Source: Thermoplasmata archaeon
GTDB taxonomy: Archaea; Thermoplasmatota; Thermoplasmata; Lutacidiplasmatales; UBA184
Assembly: GCA_050749465.1 (NCBI GenBank)
Contig: JBOGRO010000020.1
Span: forward strand, 47,540 to 111,539
Length of the DNA: 64,000 bases
Reading direction: 5' to 3'
Shown here in pieces: positions 16,967 through 26,364 of the stretch (positions are counted from its first letter, which is position 1; every line of letters begins with the position of its first letter). A program made the position numbers and the translations under genes. The notes under the pieces are model-generated. The model was not told the origin of the DNA and did not search any database. It saw only the letters and a list, made by a program, of their open reading frames with translations.

Positions 16967-18027
16967 CGGGGGTCCTCGGGCCCGACGCGACGGTCCGGTT
17001 CGACGACCCCGCCGAGTCGAGCGCGATCTACGGGAAGGGCTACTTCGGGACGCCGACCGCGGCGGGCGGGCTGACGCTCGATCGCTACGAGGCGGTCTAT
17101 CTGACCGAGATGGGGCGCGCGGAGGTCGCGGCGACGCCCGGCCGTCCGACGCCTTGGGCCGCGGTGTTTCGCCGCGCGGTTCGGGCTGACGCGGGGTTTG
17201 CGGTCCGCTACCTGGTCTACCGGGACCTCCGCCAGCGCGGGTACGTCGTGCGGGCGACGCCGCCCCCCGTCGCGTTCTCGGTACTACCACGAGGGGGCAT
17301 CCTGCGGAAGACGCCGTCGCGCTATTGGGTGGAGGCGCTGAGCGAGCGGGTGCCGTTCGATCTCGCCCGACTCTTCGACCTTGCGGACCGCGCCCAGAGC
17401 GCGAAGAAGCTCCTTCTGCTCGGGCTCGTCGATGAGGAGTCCGACCTCACCTACTATCGGGTCCGGCGGACCGCGCCGAGCGGCGCGGTCGTTCCCGCCC
17501 CGCTCGCAGCACCGACCGAGGGTTGGCTCTCCGACGACCGCGTTACGGTCCACGAGCCGGCCGCGGTCGACGGACTCGGGAGGGCCCTCGCGTACGGGAG
17601 TCGGATCGGCGAGCGGCTGGAGCTCTCCCTCCTGGAGGCGGCCTACCTGGTCGAGTCGGGTCAGCTCGCCCTGCGGGACGCGAAGAGCGGCCGACCGGTA
17701 CCGCTCGACCGGCTCGAGCGGCGCGCCCAACGCCTCGACCCCCACTTCGCCGAGCGCCGGGCCGCCTATCGCGCGCTGCGGAGCCGCCGGCTCGTCGTGA
17801 AGACCGGGTTCAAGTACGGGGCGCACTTCCGCGCCTACCCCCGGAACCCCGAACACGCCCATGCGAAGTACCTGGTCCAGGCGGTGCCCGCGGACCACCG
17901 GGCGGCGTGGCCCGAGATCGCGGGCGGCGTCCGCGTCGCCCAGGGAGTCCGGAAGGAGTACGTCCTCGCGGGCGTCGGCCCCGAAGCGGGGGTGCGGTTT
18001 CTGTCGCTCGAACGCGTTCGTCCCTGA
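16963..18027 (+). CDS. endA: tRNA-splicing endonuclease, fused two-repeat (alpha-prime2-like) form
   Basis: GTG at 16963 overlaps the pyrE stop (GTGA); 354 aa. The N-terminal repeat is degenerate. The C-terminal repeat carries catalytic-type residues in GFKYGAHFRAYPRNPEHAHAKYLV and the downstream GVRKEYVLA. Confidence 0.82.
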   Translation: MTGVLGPDATVRFDDPAESSAIYGKGYFGTPTAAGGLTLDRYEAVYLTEMGRAEVAATPGRPTPWAAVFRRAVRADAGFAVRYLVYRDLRQRGYVVRATPPPVAFSVLPRGGILRKTPSRYWVEALSERVPFDLARLFDLADRAQSAKKLLLLGLVDEESDLTYYRVRRTAPSGAVVPAPLAAPTEGWLSDDRVTVHEPAAVDGLGRALAYGSRIGERLELSLLEAAYLVESGQLALRDAKSGRPVPLDRLERRAQRLDPHFAERRAAYRALRSRRLVVKTGFKYGAHFRAYPRNPEHAHAKYLVQAVPADHRAAWPEIAGGVRVAQGVRKEYVLAGVGPEAGVRFLSLERVRP

Positions 18028-18036
18028 ACGGCGCCG

Positions 18037-18060
18037 GCCGGCGAAACCGGCGGAGGTTTT
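18037..18060 (+). terminator. Short hairpin (GCCGG-CGAAA-CCGGC) followed by a T4 tract after endA
   Basis: Lies 10-33 nt after the endA stop. A 5-bp GC stem is followed by GGAGGTTTT, at the end of the plus-strand gene run. Confidence 0.35.
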
Positions 18061-18259
18061 GTACTCGGCCCCGCTCGACGGGTCGTTCTGATCCCTGCAC
18101 CACCCTCCCGAATGATCCGTCTCGCGCCGGACCCGGGTCGGGGTCTCGGATCGGGTGGAAGCCCACGTCGGAGGTGAGAGTCGCGGTTCACCGGAGGAGC
18201 GGCGGGGAAAGAGGGGGGTGCCGTTCGGCGGGTCGGACGGCCTCCCCCGGGTGCGCCGC

Positions 18260-20128
18260 ATGACCGACGGCGAGACCGAAGCGCCCCCCTCGACCGCCCC
18301 GAGCGGCCTCGCGGAGTTCGTCAGCTGGTTCCGCCACCCGAACCTAGGCGGTGCCCGGAACTTGTACCGATGGGCCCTCATCGGCGTCTCGGTCGGGATG
18401 ATCGCCGGGCTGGTCGCCGTGGCGTTCTACGCCGCCCTCCAGCTTTTCAGCGGTACCCTTCTCGGGACCCTCCTCGGCATCCGGCTCCCCGAGAACGGCG
18501 CCCCACCGGGCGGGACCTACTCGTGGTCGACGGACCCCGCGCTGTTCATCCTGCTGCCGGTCCTCATGATCGCCGGCGGCCTCGCGGTCGGCCTTCTGAT
18601 CTACAAAGGCGCCGCCGAGATCGAGGGCCACGGTACCGACCAGTCGATCCGCGCGTTCCACCGCGGGCGAGGGGTGATCCGCTATCGGGTGCCCCTGCTC
18701 AAGTTCATCGCCTCCGCGCTCACGATCGGCACGGGAGGCAGCGGAGGTCGGGAGGGGCCGACGGCGCAGATCGGCGCGGGGCTCGGTAGCTTCCTCGCGC
18801 GCCCCCTCGGCCTCTCGACCCAGGAGCGCCGAGTCGCGGTCATGGCCGGCGTCGGCGCCGGCATCGGAGCGATCTTCCGGGCGCCGTTCGGGGCGGCCCT
18901 GCTCTCGAGCGAGATCCTCTACCTCTCGGACTTCGAGCCCGAGGTGATCATGCCGTCGATCATGGCGTCGGTCATCTCCTATTCGATCTTCGGCGCGGTG
19001 AACGGCTTTGGCCCCGAGTTCGCCACTCCGGGGGCCAGCTGGATCCCGGCGCAGCTGCCGATCTTTGCGCTCCTCGGCGCGGTCGCGGGGCTCTTCGGGG
19101 TCCTCTACGTCGTGAGCTTCTATCGGACCCGCGACGCGTTCCGCCGGCTCCGGCTGCCGGCGTGGAGCCGCCCCGCGATCGGGGTCGGGATCGTCGGCGC
19201 GCTCTTCGCCGCGCTCTACTACTTCGTGCCGTACGAGAACCACCTCCTCGGGGTGGGGTCCATCGGCATCGGGTACGGGTTCGTTCAGTGGCTCCTCTTC
19301 CAGGGACACGTGGGGACGATCGTCCTCGCGCTGGTGATCGCGCTGATCTTCGTCAAGATCTTCGCGACGTCGCTCACGATCGGCTCCGGCGGCAGCGCCG
19401 GGTTGTTCGGACCGGCGATCGTCATCGGGGCCTTGATCGGGTTCACGGTCGTGAGCCTCGTCGACCTCGTGTTCCCTCAGATCGCGAACCCGGGGGACGT
19501 CACCGCGTTCACGATCATCGGCATGATGGCGTTCTTTGGGAGCGTCTCGAAGGCCCCGATCGCGACGATCCTGATGGTCGTCGAGATGACCGGCTCGGAG
19601 GCCCTGCTCGTGCCGGCGATGATCGCGATCTTCATCGGCTACTACGTCGCCGGACCGTACCACCTCTACGAAGAGCAAGTTCGCGACCGGCTCGCTTCTC
19701 CGGCCCACACCACCGAGTACTTCGCCGAGTTCCTCCGGCACATGCCGGTCTCGTCGGCCCTGGACCCTCACGTCGCGACGGTCGCGCCGACGACCTCGGT
19801 CGGGGACGCGGCGTTCCGCCTCACCGGCTCCGGCCACTCGATCCTTGCGGTCGTGGACGCCGGGCGGGTCGTCGGGGAGGTCCGGCTCGCCGATATCCTC
19901 GAGGTGCCCCCGGCAGAGCGCGACCGGGAGCTCGTCGCCAATGTGCTTCGGGAGTCGTTCCCGTCGGTCACCACCCGTTCGACCTTGCTCGACGCGATCG
20001 GGATCATGGACGGGGAGGGCGTGGACGCGGTCCTCGTGTTGGACGAAGCGGACCCGCACCGTCTCGCCGGGTTCGTGAGCCGTGAGGCCGTGGCCCATTT
20101 CCAGCGCGCGCCGACCCCGTCCGACTAG
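18260..20128 (+). CDS. ClC-family chloride channel / H+-Cl- antiporter with C-terminal CBS pair
   Basis: GSGGREGP selectivity-filter motif, GAIFRAPFG and GxFxP-like GLFGPAIV are present, with more than 10 TM helices. The C-terminal ~130 aa has CBS-domain character. ATG 18260 is preferred over track start 18155, whose first 35 aa are junk-like. Confidence 0.88.
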   Translation: MTDGETEAPPSTAPSGLAEFVSWFRHPNLGGARNLYRWALIGVSVGMIAGLVAVAFYAALQLFSGTLLGTLLGIRLPENGAPPGGTYSWSTDPALFILLPVLMIAGGLAVGLLIYKGAAEIEGHGTDQSIRAFHRGRGVIRYRVPLLKFIASALTIGTGGSGGREGPTAQIGAGLGSFLARPLGLSTQERRVAVMAGVGAGIGAIFRAPFGAALLSSEILYLSDFEPEVIMPSIMASVISYSIFGAVNGFGPEFATPGASWIPAQLPIFALLGAVAGLFGVLYVVSFYRTRDAFRRLRLPAWSRPAIGVGIVGALFAALYYFVPYENHLLGVGSIGIGYGFVQWLLFQGHVGTIVLALVIALIFVKIFATSLTIGSGGSAGLFGPAIVIGALIGFTVVSLVDLVFPQIANPGDVTAFTIIGMMAFFGSVSKAPIATILMVVEMTGSEALLVPAMIAIFIGYYVAGPYHLYEEQVRDRLASPAHTTEYFAEFLRHMPVSSALDPHVATVAPTTSVGDAAFRLTGSGHSILAVVDAGRVVGEVRLADILEVPPAERDRELVANVLRESFPSVTTRSTLLDAIGIMDGEGVDAVLVLDEADPHRLAGFVSREAVAHFQRAPTPSD

Positions 20129-20165
20129 GGTCGCGGGGCCACTCCCACCGGTCCGCCCGAGTCCG

Positions 20166-20903
20166 TCACCGGGTCCCGCGCGGAACGGAGCGAGGGGCGG
20201 CGACGATCGACCGGACGAGCTCCGACATCGCCCGAGGGCCGGCCCTCCGGCGGAGGAGCTCCTCGAGTGCCGTCCCGACCACCACCCCGTCCGCGCCGCT
20301 CGCGAGCGCCCGCTGAGCGCTCGCGCGATCGCGTACGCCGAACCCGATGAGGACCGGCAGCGCCGGTGCGGCGTCCCGGGCCGCTGCGACGAACGGCGCG
20401 AGACCCACGGTCGAGCCGCGCGCGCTGCCCCCGGTCGTGCCGTAGTGTCCCACCAGATAGAGGAAGCCGCGCGAGGCTCGAGCGATCCGCGCGAGTCGAG
20501 CGCGGTCGATCCCGGGCGCCGCGAGCAGGATCTCGTCGACGCGCGCGCGTCGGGCCGCGCGGCGGAACGGACCGGACTCCTCGAGGGAGAGGTCGGGAAC
20601 GATGATCCCCGAGGCCCCGGCGGCGGCGAGCTCGCTGAGCGCGCCCGCGGCCCCGCGGCGGACGAGCGGGTTCGCGTACGTCATCAACGCGGTCGGGAGC
20701 ACCGTGCTCGCGGTGCGGACCGCGGCCACGACGTCGTTCCAGCCGGTCCCGTGCGCGAGGGCCCGGTCGTGCGCCGCCTCGAGGACGGGACCGTCGGCGA
20801 TCGGATCGGAGAACGGAATCCCGAGCTCCAGCGCGCTCGCGCCCCCGTCCCGCAGCGCGGTGACCGTGCGGACGAGCTCGCCCCGGCGGCGCCGGTCGAC
20901 CAT
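20166..20903 (-). CDS. trpA: Tryptophan synthase alpha chain (annotated from ATG 20903; real start likely upstream, e.g. CTG 20951)
   Basis: ELGIPFSDPIADGPV, MTYANP and GFLYLVGHYGTTGG are present. The in-frame upstream 23 codons ([24 protein letters not shown]) encode the conserved beta-1 strand but contain no ATG/GTG/TTG. Confidence 0.88.
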   Translation of the reverse strand: MVDRRRRGELVRTVTALRDGGASALELGIPFSDPIADGPVLEAAHDRALAHGTGWNDVVAAVRTASTVLPTALMTYANPLVRRGAAGALSELAAAGASGIIVPDLSLEESGPFRRAARRARVDEILLAAPGIDRARLARIARASRGFLYLVGHYGTTGGSARGSTVGLAPFVAAARDAAPALPVLIGFGVRDRASAQRALASGADGVVVGTALEELLRRRAGPRAMSELVRSIVAAPRSVPRGTR

Positions 20904-20955
20904 GACGTACGGGACGACGATCGTCCGTCCGGCGTCGCGGCTCCGGCGCAGCGCG

Positions 20956-22128
20956 TTAGCGAGCCGCGTGGGCTACCACCTCGAGGTCCTTGTCGCCGCG
21001 ACCGGAGAGCGTGACGACGACGTGCTGCCGGGCCGGCCGGCGCCGCGCCTCGCGGACCGCGGCGAAGATCGCGTGCGCGGGCTCGAGCGCGGGGAGGATC
21101 CCCTCGTCCTCCGCGAGCCAGTGGAATGCGCGGAGCGCGTCGCGGTCGTGGACGGCGGTGTACCGTGCGCGGCCGCTCTCCTTGAGGTAGGCGTGTTCGG
21201 GGCCGACCCCCGCGTAGTCGAGGCCGGCGGAGATGCTCTGCGTTGCGGCGACCTGGCCGTCCTGGTCCTGGAGGACGTAGGAGAAGCTGCCGTGCAGCAC
21301 GCCCGGCGCGCCCCGAGAGAGCGACGCCGCCCCGACTCCGCGCCCGGCCGGCCCCGCCGCCTCGACGCCGAGGAACTCGACCTTCGTGCGGCGCAAGGGG
21401 CGGAACGTACCGATCGCATTCGACCCCCCGCCGACGCACGCGACCGCGAGATCCGGCAGCCGGCCGAAGGCGCGAAGGGACTGACGACGGACCTCCTGCC
21501 CGATGACGCTCTGGAAGTCGGCGACGATCGTCGGGAACGGGTGCGGTCCGACCGCCGAGCCGAGCAGGTAGTGGGTGGTGCGGACGTTCTGGATCCAATC
21601 CCGAAGCGCCGCGTTGATCGCGTCCTTCAGCGTGCGGCTTCCGCTCCGGACCGGGACGACCTGGGCGCCGAGCAGCCGCATCCGCTCCACGTTCGGTCGC
21701 TGACGCGCCATGTCGACCTCGCCCATGTAGACCTCGGTCTCGAGTCCGAGGGCGGCCCCGATCATCGCGGTCGCGACGCCGTGCTGGCCGGCCCCGGTCT
21801 CGGCGATCAACCGCGGCTTGCCCATCCGGACTGCGAGCAGCCCCTGCCCCAGGGCGTTGTTGAACTTGTGCGCCCCGCCGTGGAGAAGGTCCTCGCGCTT
21901 CAACCAGATCTCCGCGCCGCCCGCGCGCCTCGAGAGGCGCCGCGCGAAGTAGAGCGGGGTCGGGCGGCCGGCCAGCGTCGTGCTCAGGCGGTGGAGTTCG
22001 GCGCGGAACGCGGGGTCGCGACGCGCCGAGCGCCACGTCTTCTCGAGCTCGACCAGCGCCGGGACAAGGGTCTCGGGAACGTACGCTCCCCCGAAACGGC
22101 CGAACCGCCTAGGCATGGGTCGACTCAT
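20956..22128 (-). CDS. trpB: Tryptophan synthase beta chain
   Basis: 390 aa with [13 protein letters not shown] and [13 protein letters not shown] (PLP lysine motif), ending [10 protein letters not shown]. Confidence 0.95.
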   Translation of the reverse strand: MSRPMPRRFGRFGGAYVPETLVPALVELEKTWRSARRDPAFRAELHRLSTTLAGRPTPLYFARRLSRRAGGAEIWLKREDLLHGGAHKFNNALGQGLLAVRMGKPRLIAETGAGQHGVATAMIGAALGLETEVYMGEVDMARQRPNVERMRLLGAQVVPVRSGSRTLKDAINAALRDWIQNVRTTHYLLGSAVGPHPFPTIVADFQSVIGQEVRRQSLRAFGRLPDLAVACVGGGSNAIGTFRPLRRTKVEFLGVEAAGPAGRGVGAASLSRGAPGVLHGSFSYVLQDQDGQVAATQSISAGLDYAGVGPEHAYLKESGRARYTAVHDRDALRAFHWLAEDEGILPALEPAHAIFAAVREARRRPARQHVVVTLSGRGDKDLEVVAHAAR

Positions 22129-22756
22129 AGGCGGTGACCGCCCGGACGAACGCGCGCATCTTCTCGATATCCTTCACGCCCGGGGCGCTCTCGATCCCCG
22201 AGGAGACGTCGAGCCCCCAGGGCCGCACGGTCGCGAGCGCGTCGGCCGCGTTCTCCGGCGCGAGCCCGCCCGCGAGGACGAACTTTCGACCCGGATGGGC
22301 GTCGACGATCCGCGCGCAGACCTCCCAGTCGGGTCGCACTCCACTCCCACCGGGCACCGGCTGACCCGCCGCATCGAGGTGGATGCGCGGGTAGTCTTCC
22401 GCGGGGGGGACCGTCGGCTCCGGGAGGTCGCCTCCCGGCGGTCCGACCGCGATCGAGGGGACCAGGTGGTGCACCTCAAGGAACTCGAGCCCGGTCGGGA
22501 CGGCGCCGTAGACTTGGATTCGATCCACGCCCACCTCCTCGAAGAGACGGTGGATCAATTCCGCGCTCGGCTCGACGACCACGGCCCACGCCTCGGCCTC
22601 GGTGGGGACGAGCTCGATCAGCTCGGCCACCGACTCGATCGGGACCGATCGGGGGGACGTGGGGACTTCGACCACGAAGCCGGCGGCTCCTCCGGCCGGG
22701 ACCTCGCGCACCGCCTCCGCATTCCGCAGGCCGCAGAACTTCACGAACGTCTTCAC
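22109..22756 (-). CDS. trpF: Phosphoribosylanthranilate isomerase
   Basis: GTG at 22756 overlaps the trpC stop (GTGA); 215 aa. [12 protein letters not shown] and [16 protein letters not shown] are present. The rest of track ORF 22109..23920 is shadow sequence. Confidence 0.85.
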   Translation of the reverse strand: MKTFVKFCGLRNAEAVREVPAGGAAGFVVEVPTSPRSVPIESVAELIELVPTEAEAWAVVVEPSAELIHRLFEEVGVDRIQVYGAVPTGLEFLEVHHLVPSIAVGPPGGDLPEPTVPPAEDYPRIHLDAAGQPVPGGSGVRPDWEVCARIVDAHPGRKFVLAGGLAPENAADALATVRPWGLDVSSGIESAPGVKDIEKMRAFVRAVTAYESTHA

Positions 22757-23556
22757 GCGCGGACTCCGCTCGAGGGGCGGGCGAGGGTGCGCAGGAACGC
22801 GGCGGGATCGGGCGCGCGCGCCACCGCGCGGCCGAGCAGGATCCCATCGACCCCGGCGGACCAGAAACGGGCCGCGTCGGCCGGCGTACCGACCCCGCTC
22901 AACCCGAGGAGGGGCCGGCGGCCGCGCGCCGCGCGGAGCGTGACGAGGGCGACCTCGGGCTCCATCCGCAGCGAGTCGAGGTCGCGCACGTTGACGCCGT
23001 ACATGTCGGCGGGCACGTCCGCCGTCGGTCTTAATTCTGACCGGTCGTGGTACTCGAGCAGAACCTCGAGCTGGCGGGCGTGCGCCGCCCGGGCCAACTC
23101 CGCGAGCGACGTCGAGAGGAGCCCTTCCGACTCGAGCCGCGCGATGAGAAGGACCGCGCTCGCTCCCGCGCTCCGGGCCGCGTCGAGCTGCACCGGGTCG
23201 ACCACGAAGTCCTTGAAGAGCACCGGGAGGCCGGTTCCCGTCGCGACCGCGCGGACGTCCGCGACCGACCCACGGAACCGGTGCTCGGTCGCCACGCACG
23301 AGTAGCCGGCCAGGCCGGCGTCGGCCGTGGCCCGGACGAACTCGGCGGGCGATCGGGTGGGCAGCTCCGGTGCCGAGGACCCGGGGGAGACCCGCTTGAA
23401 CTCCGCGAGGAGCGCGCCGCGGGCCGAGGCCGACTCCACCGCGGTTCGCAAGCTCGGACGCGCCCCGGAGCCGGCCGGCGTCGCCGCCGCGAGAAGGTAC
23501 TCCGGCCGCGCGATCGAGGTCCGCGTGGCCGCGACGATCTCGGCGAGGAACCCCAT
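22753..23556 (-). CDS. trpC: Indole-3-glycerol phosphate synthase
   Basis: The start is ATG 23556, or GTG 23559 in a GTGA overlap with the trpD stop. EFKRVSPG, LPVLFKDFVVDPVQ, GVNVRDL and GLSGVGTP are present. Confidence 0.85.
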   Translation of the reverse strand: MGFLAEIVAATRTSIARPEYLLAAATPAGSGARPSLRTAVESASARGALLAEFKRVSPGSSAPELPTRSPAEFVRATADAGLAGYSCVATEHRFRGSVADVRAVATGTGLPVLFKDFVVDPVQLDAARSAGASAVLLIARLESEGLLSTSLAELARAAHARQLEVLLEYHDRSELRPTADVPADMYGVNVRDLDSLRMEPEVALVTLRAARGRRPLLGLSGVGTPADAARFWSAGVDGILLGRAVARAPDPAAFLRTLARPSSGVRA

Positions 23557-24590
23557 CACGACTCCTTCGGCGAAGTCGGAAACCGTGCGGCCAGTCCTCG
23601 CAGGTTCTCGAGCAGCCGCTCGGCGGCCCCACTGTCCAGCGCCTCGCGGGCTCGCTCGATGCCGTCGGCGAGGGCGGGGACGTCGCCGCCGACCCAGAGG
23701 GCGGTCCCGCTCGTGAGCAAGACCGACCCGCGACGGGCTCCCCCGCCGCCGGCGAGGATACGCTCCGCCTCCTCCGCCGCCTCGGGCGGAGGAAGGGGTC
23801 CCCAAGGGCCCCGTCGATCGTCGGCGGGGAGGAGCGGGGTCGGGTCAACTCGGAGGCGTCGCGTGCGAGCGCCGGTCCAGACGATCGCGGTGGTCGAGGC
23901 GCGCGGCGAGAATTCGTCACAACCGTCGTCGGACGCCATCGCGGCGCCCCGCTCTACGCCGAGCACGGGGAGGATGCGCGCGGTCTCGATCGCGCTCGGG
24001 AGATCGGGGGCTCCCGCCACCTGGCACCGTACCCGAGCCGGATTCGACAGCGGACCGAGGCGATTGAAGATCGTCGGGATACCGAGGCGAAGTCGGGTCG
24101 CCGCGACCGCGCGCGTCGCGGGATGGAAAAGGGGCGCGTGAAGGAACGCGATCCCGAAGCGCCGGTAGCTGGCCCGGGCGAACGGGATCGACGTCAGCAC
24201 CGGGAGCCCGAGGGCGTCGAGCAAGTCGCTCGAACCGCAGACGCGGCGGCTACGGTTGCCGTGCTTGACCACCGCCCGTCCGGCGGCCCGCGCGACGAAC
24301 GCGCTCACCGTCGAGACGTTGAACGAGGGGTGGAGCGCGCCGCCCGAGCCACACAGGTCGAGCGCCCGGTCGCGTCGCGGGACCGGGAACGGGATGGCGC
24401 GCCGGCGCATCTCGCGCGCGAAGGCGAGAAGTTCGAGAGCGGGGTGGCCGCGGGCCCGCAGGGCAACCAAGAGAGCCGCCCGCTCGTCCTCCGCCGTCGC
24501 GGGGGCGGTCAGCGCGTCGAACGCGGCCCGGACCTCGCGCGCTCCGAGCGGACGGGGGTCGAGGAGTCGGTCGAGGAGCCCCGCGTTCAC
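23556..24590 (-). CDS. trpD: Anthranilate phosphoribosyltransferase
   Basis: GTG at 24590 overlaps the trpG stop (GTGA); 344 aa. DLCGSGG, VVKHGNRS and IFNRLGPLSNP are present. Confidence 0.85.
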   Translation of the reverse strand: MNAGLLDRLLDPRPLGAREVRAAFDALTAPATAEDERAALLVALRARGHPALELLAFAREMRRRAIPFPVPRRDRALDLCGSGGALHPSFNVSTVSAFVARAAGRAVVKHGNRSRRVCGSSDLLDALGLPVLTSIPFARASYRRFGIAFLHAPLFHPATRAVAATRLRLGIPTIFNRLGPLSNPARVRCQVAGAPDLPSAIETARILPVLGVERGAAMASDDGCDEFSPRASTTAIVWTGARTRRLRVDPTPLLPADDRRGPWGPLPPPEAAEEAERILAGGGGARRGSVLLTSGTALWVGGDVPALADGIERAREALDSGAAERLLENLRGLAARFPTSPKES

Positions 24591-25168
24591 CGACGAGCCT
24601 CCGCGACGAAGTTCCTCAGAAGAGCCGGCCCGGCGGGCGTCAGATACGACTCGGGGTGAAACTGGACCGACTCCACCGGTCGCCTTCGGTGCCGGAGCGC
24701 CATCAGTACCCCCTCGTTGCTCTCCGCCGAAATCTGGAGGGCGGGGGGCACGGAACCCGGGTCCACGACCAGAGAATGGTACCGCGCCACGGAGGTCGGG
24801 CTCGCGAGCCCCTCGAACACTCCGAGCCCGTCGTGCGTGATGAGGCTCGTCTCGCCATGGACGGGGGCATCGGCCCGGACAACGCGCGCACCGTAGTGCT
24901 CCGCCACGAGCTGGTGGCCGAGGCAGACACCCAGGAAAGGGCGCTCGGTGTCCCATCGGCGGAGGAGTGCGCGGGCAAGCCCGGTCAGTCGACGATCCCG
25001 GGGGTGACCCGGTCCCGGCGAGAGGACGACGGCGTCCGGGTCAATGCTCAATGCCCGCGCCAGCGGTTCCGTCGCCCGGAGGCAGTGGACCTCGGCGCCG
25101 TCCTGGACCAGCGCCTGCTCGATGTTGTGGACGAACGAGTCCTCGTGGTCGACGAGTAGGACCTTCAC
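24587..25168 (-). CDS. trpG: Anthranilate synthase component II (glutamine amidotransferase)
   Basis: GTG at 25168 overlaps the trpE stop (GTGA); 193 aa. VLLVDHEDSFVHN, GVCLGHQ (catalytic Cys) and QFHPES are present. Confidence 0.88.
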   Translation of the reverse strand: MKVLLVDHEDSFVHNIEQALVQDGAEVHCLRATEPLARALSIDPDAVVLSPGPGHPRDRRLTGLARALLRRWDTERPFLGVCLGHQLVAEHYGARVVRADAPVHGETSLITHDGLGVFEGLASPTSVARYHSLVVDPGSVPPALQISAESNEGVLMALRHRRRPVESVQFHPESYLTPAGPALLRNFVAEARR

Positions 25169-26364
25169 GATCCGGCCTCCGCGAGCATCGACTCCACCTG
25201 GGCGAGCTTCGTCAGCGTCTCGTCGAACTCCCGACGAGGTTCCGAACGATGGACGATCCCCGCGCCGGCCGCGGTGTAGAGGCGAGGGCCGGCCGCGAAC
25301 GCGGTCCGGATCGCGAGAGCCCAATCGGCGCGGCCCCCTCCTTCGAGGAGCCCGACCGTCCCCGCGTACGGCCCGCGCCAGGTCCGCTCTTCGCGACGCA
25401 GGAGCTCCGTCGCCCGGATCTTCGGCGCCCCCGAGACGGTCCCGGCCGGGAACGCGGCGCCGAGAACGTCCCACGGCCCGGTTCCGGGGCGAAGTCGCGC
25501 GGCGACCCGGCTCACGAGGTGGTCGAGGCGGGCGAATCGCTCGACCCGCTCGACCGAGACCAGCCGAACCGTTCCCGGACGGGCGACCGATCCGAGGTCG
25601 TTCCGCGCGAGGTCGACCAGCATCCGGTGCTCCGAGAGCTCCTTCGGGTCGACCGCGAGCGGGACGCGCCCGCGCGGCGACCGTCCGTGGGGGATCGTCC
25701 CGGCGATGGGGTTGAGGAACGCGCGGTCCCGCGCCACCTCGACGACCGACTCGGGCGTCGCGCCGACGAGCTCGAGGTCGCCGAGGCGCAGATAGTAGAA
25801 GAACGCGTACCGCTCCGACGCGCGGAGCCGACCCGCGCGGGCGAGCAGGTCGGTCGGGCGACGCCACGCTCGACGGTGCGCGAGGACCACCTGGTAGGCC
25901 TCGCCCTCTCGGATCGCCTCGACCAAGCGGCCGACGCTGCGCTCGAACGCCGCGCGCGGCAGCGTGTCGTGGAGCGGTCGATCCCGTACGGCGCGGGGTC
26001 GTCGGGGGCGCCGAACCCGACGGAATGGCACCGGCGCGCGAGTCGGGCCTTCGACGAGTGCGAACGCGCCGACCGGGAAGGGGCAATTCGAGGGGAAGGA
26101 GCGGAGCCTCGGCTCGAAGAGCCCCACGGCGTCGAACCCCAGAAATCCGAACGCGGCACGCCCTCGACCCCGGCGGAGGAATCGCCCCAACTCTCGCGCG
26201 GTATCCGCCGGGCGACTGCGCGGGGTGAGCGAGTGCACGGCCGACGCCGCCAAGAACGACAGCGAACGCCCGGCCTTCCCCGGAGCGAGCGCGGCGCGCT
26301 CGAAATAGCCCGCGACCTCGCTCCCTTCCGCGGCGCGGGCGAACGCGACCCACGGGTCGGTCAT
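25165..26364 (-). CDS. trpE: Anthranilate synthase component I (short form)
   Basis: 399 aa. LNPIAGT, EHRMLVDLARND, FPAGTVSGAPK and GPYAGTVG are present. The ATG overlaps the lysC stop (ATGA). Confidence 0.88.
   Translation of the reverse strand: MTDPWVAFARAAEGSEVAGYFERAALAPGKAGRSLSFLAASAVHSLTPRSRPADTARELGRFLRRGRGRAAFGFLGFDAVGLFEPRLRSFPSNCPFPVGAFALVEGPTRAPVPFRRVRRPRRPRAVRDRPLHDTLPRAAFERSVGRLVEAIREGEAYQVVLAHRRAWRRPTDLLARAGRLRASERYAFFYYLRLGDLELVGATPESVVEVARDRAFLNPIAGTIPHGRSPRGRVPLAVDPKELSEHRMLVDLARNDLGSVARPGTVRLVSVERVERFARLDHLVSRVAARLRPGTGPWDVLGAAFPAGTVSGAPKIRATELLRREERTWRGPYAGTVGLLEGGGRADWALAIRTAFAAGPRLYTAAGAGIVHRSEPRREFDETLTKLAQVESMLAEAGS

Noticed and set aside
18028-18259. 232-nt gap between endA and the ClC gene, scanned for a small RNA or riboswitch such as a fluoride or other anion-responsive element ahead of a ClC-type gene
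   Set aside because: I could not recognise the conserved fluoride-riboswitch (crcB motif) core or any other known motif by eye. Only a short terminator-like hairpin was seen. An Rfam scan would be needed to settle it.
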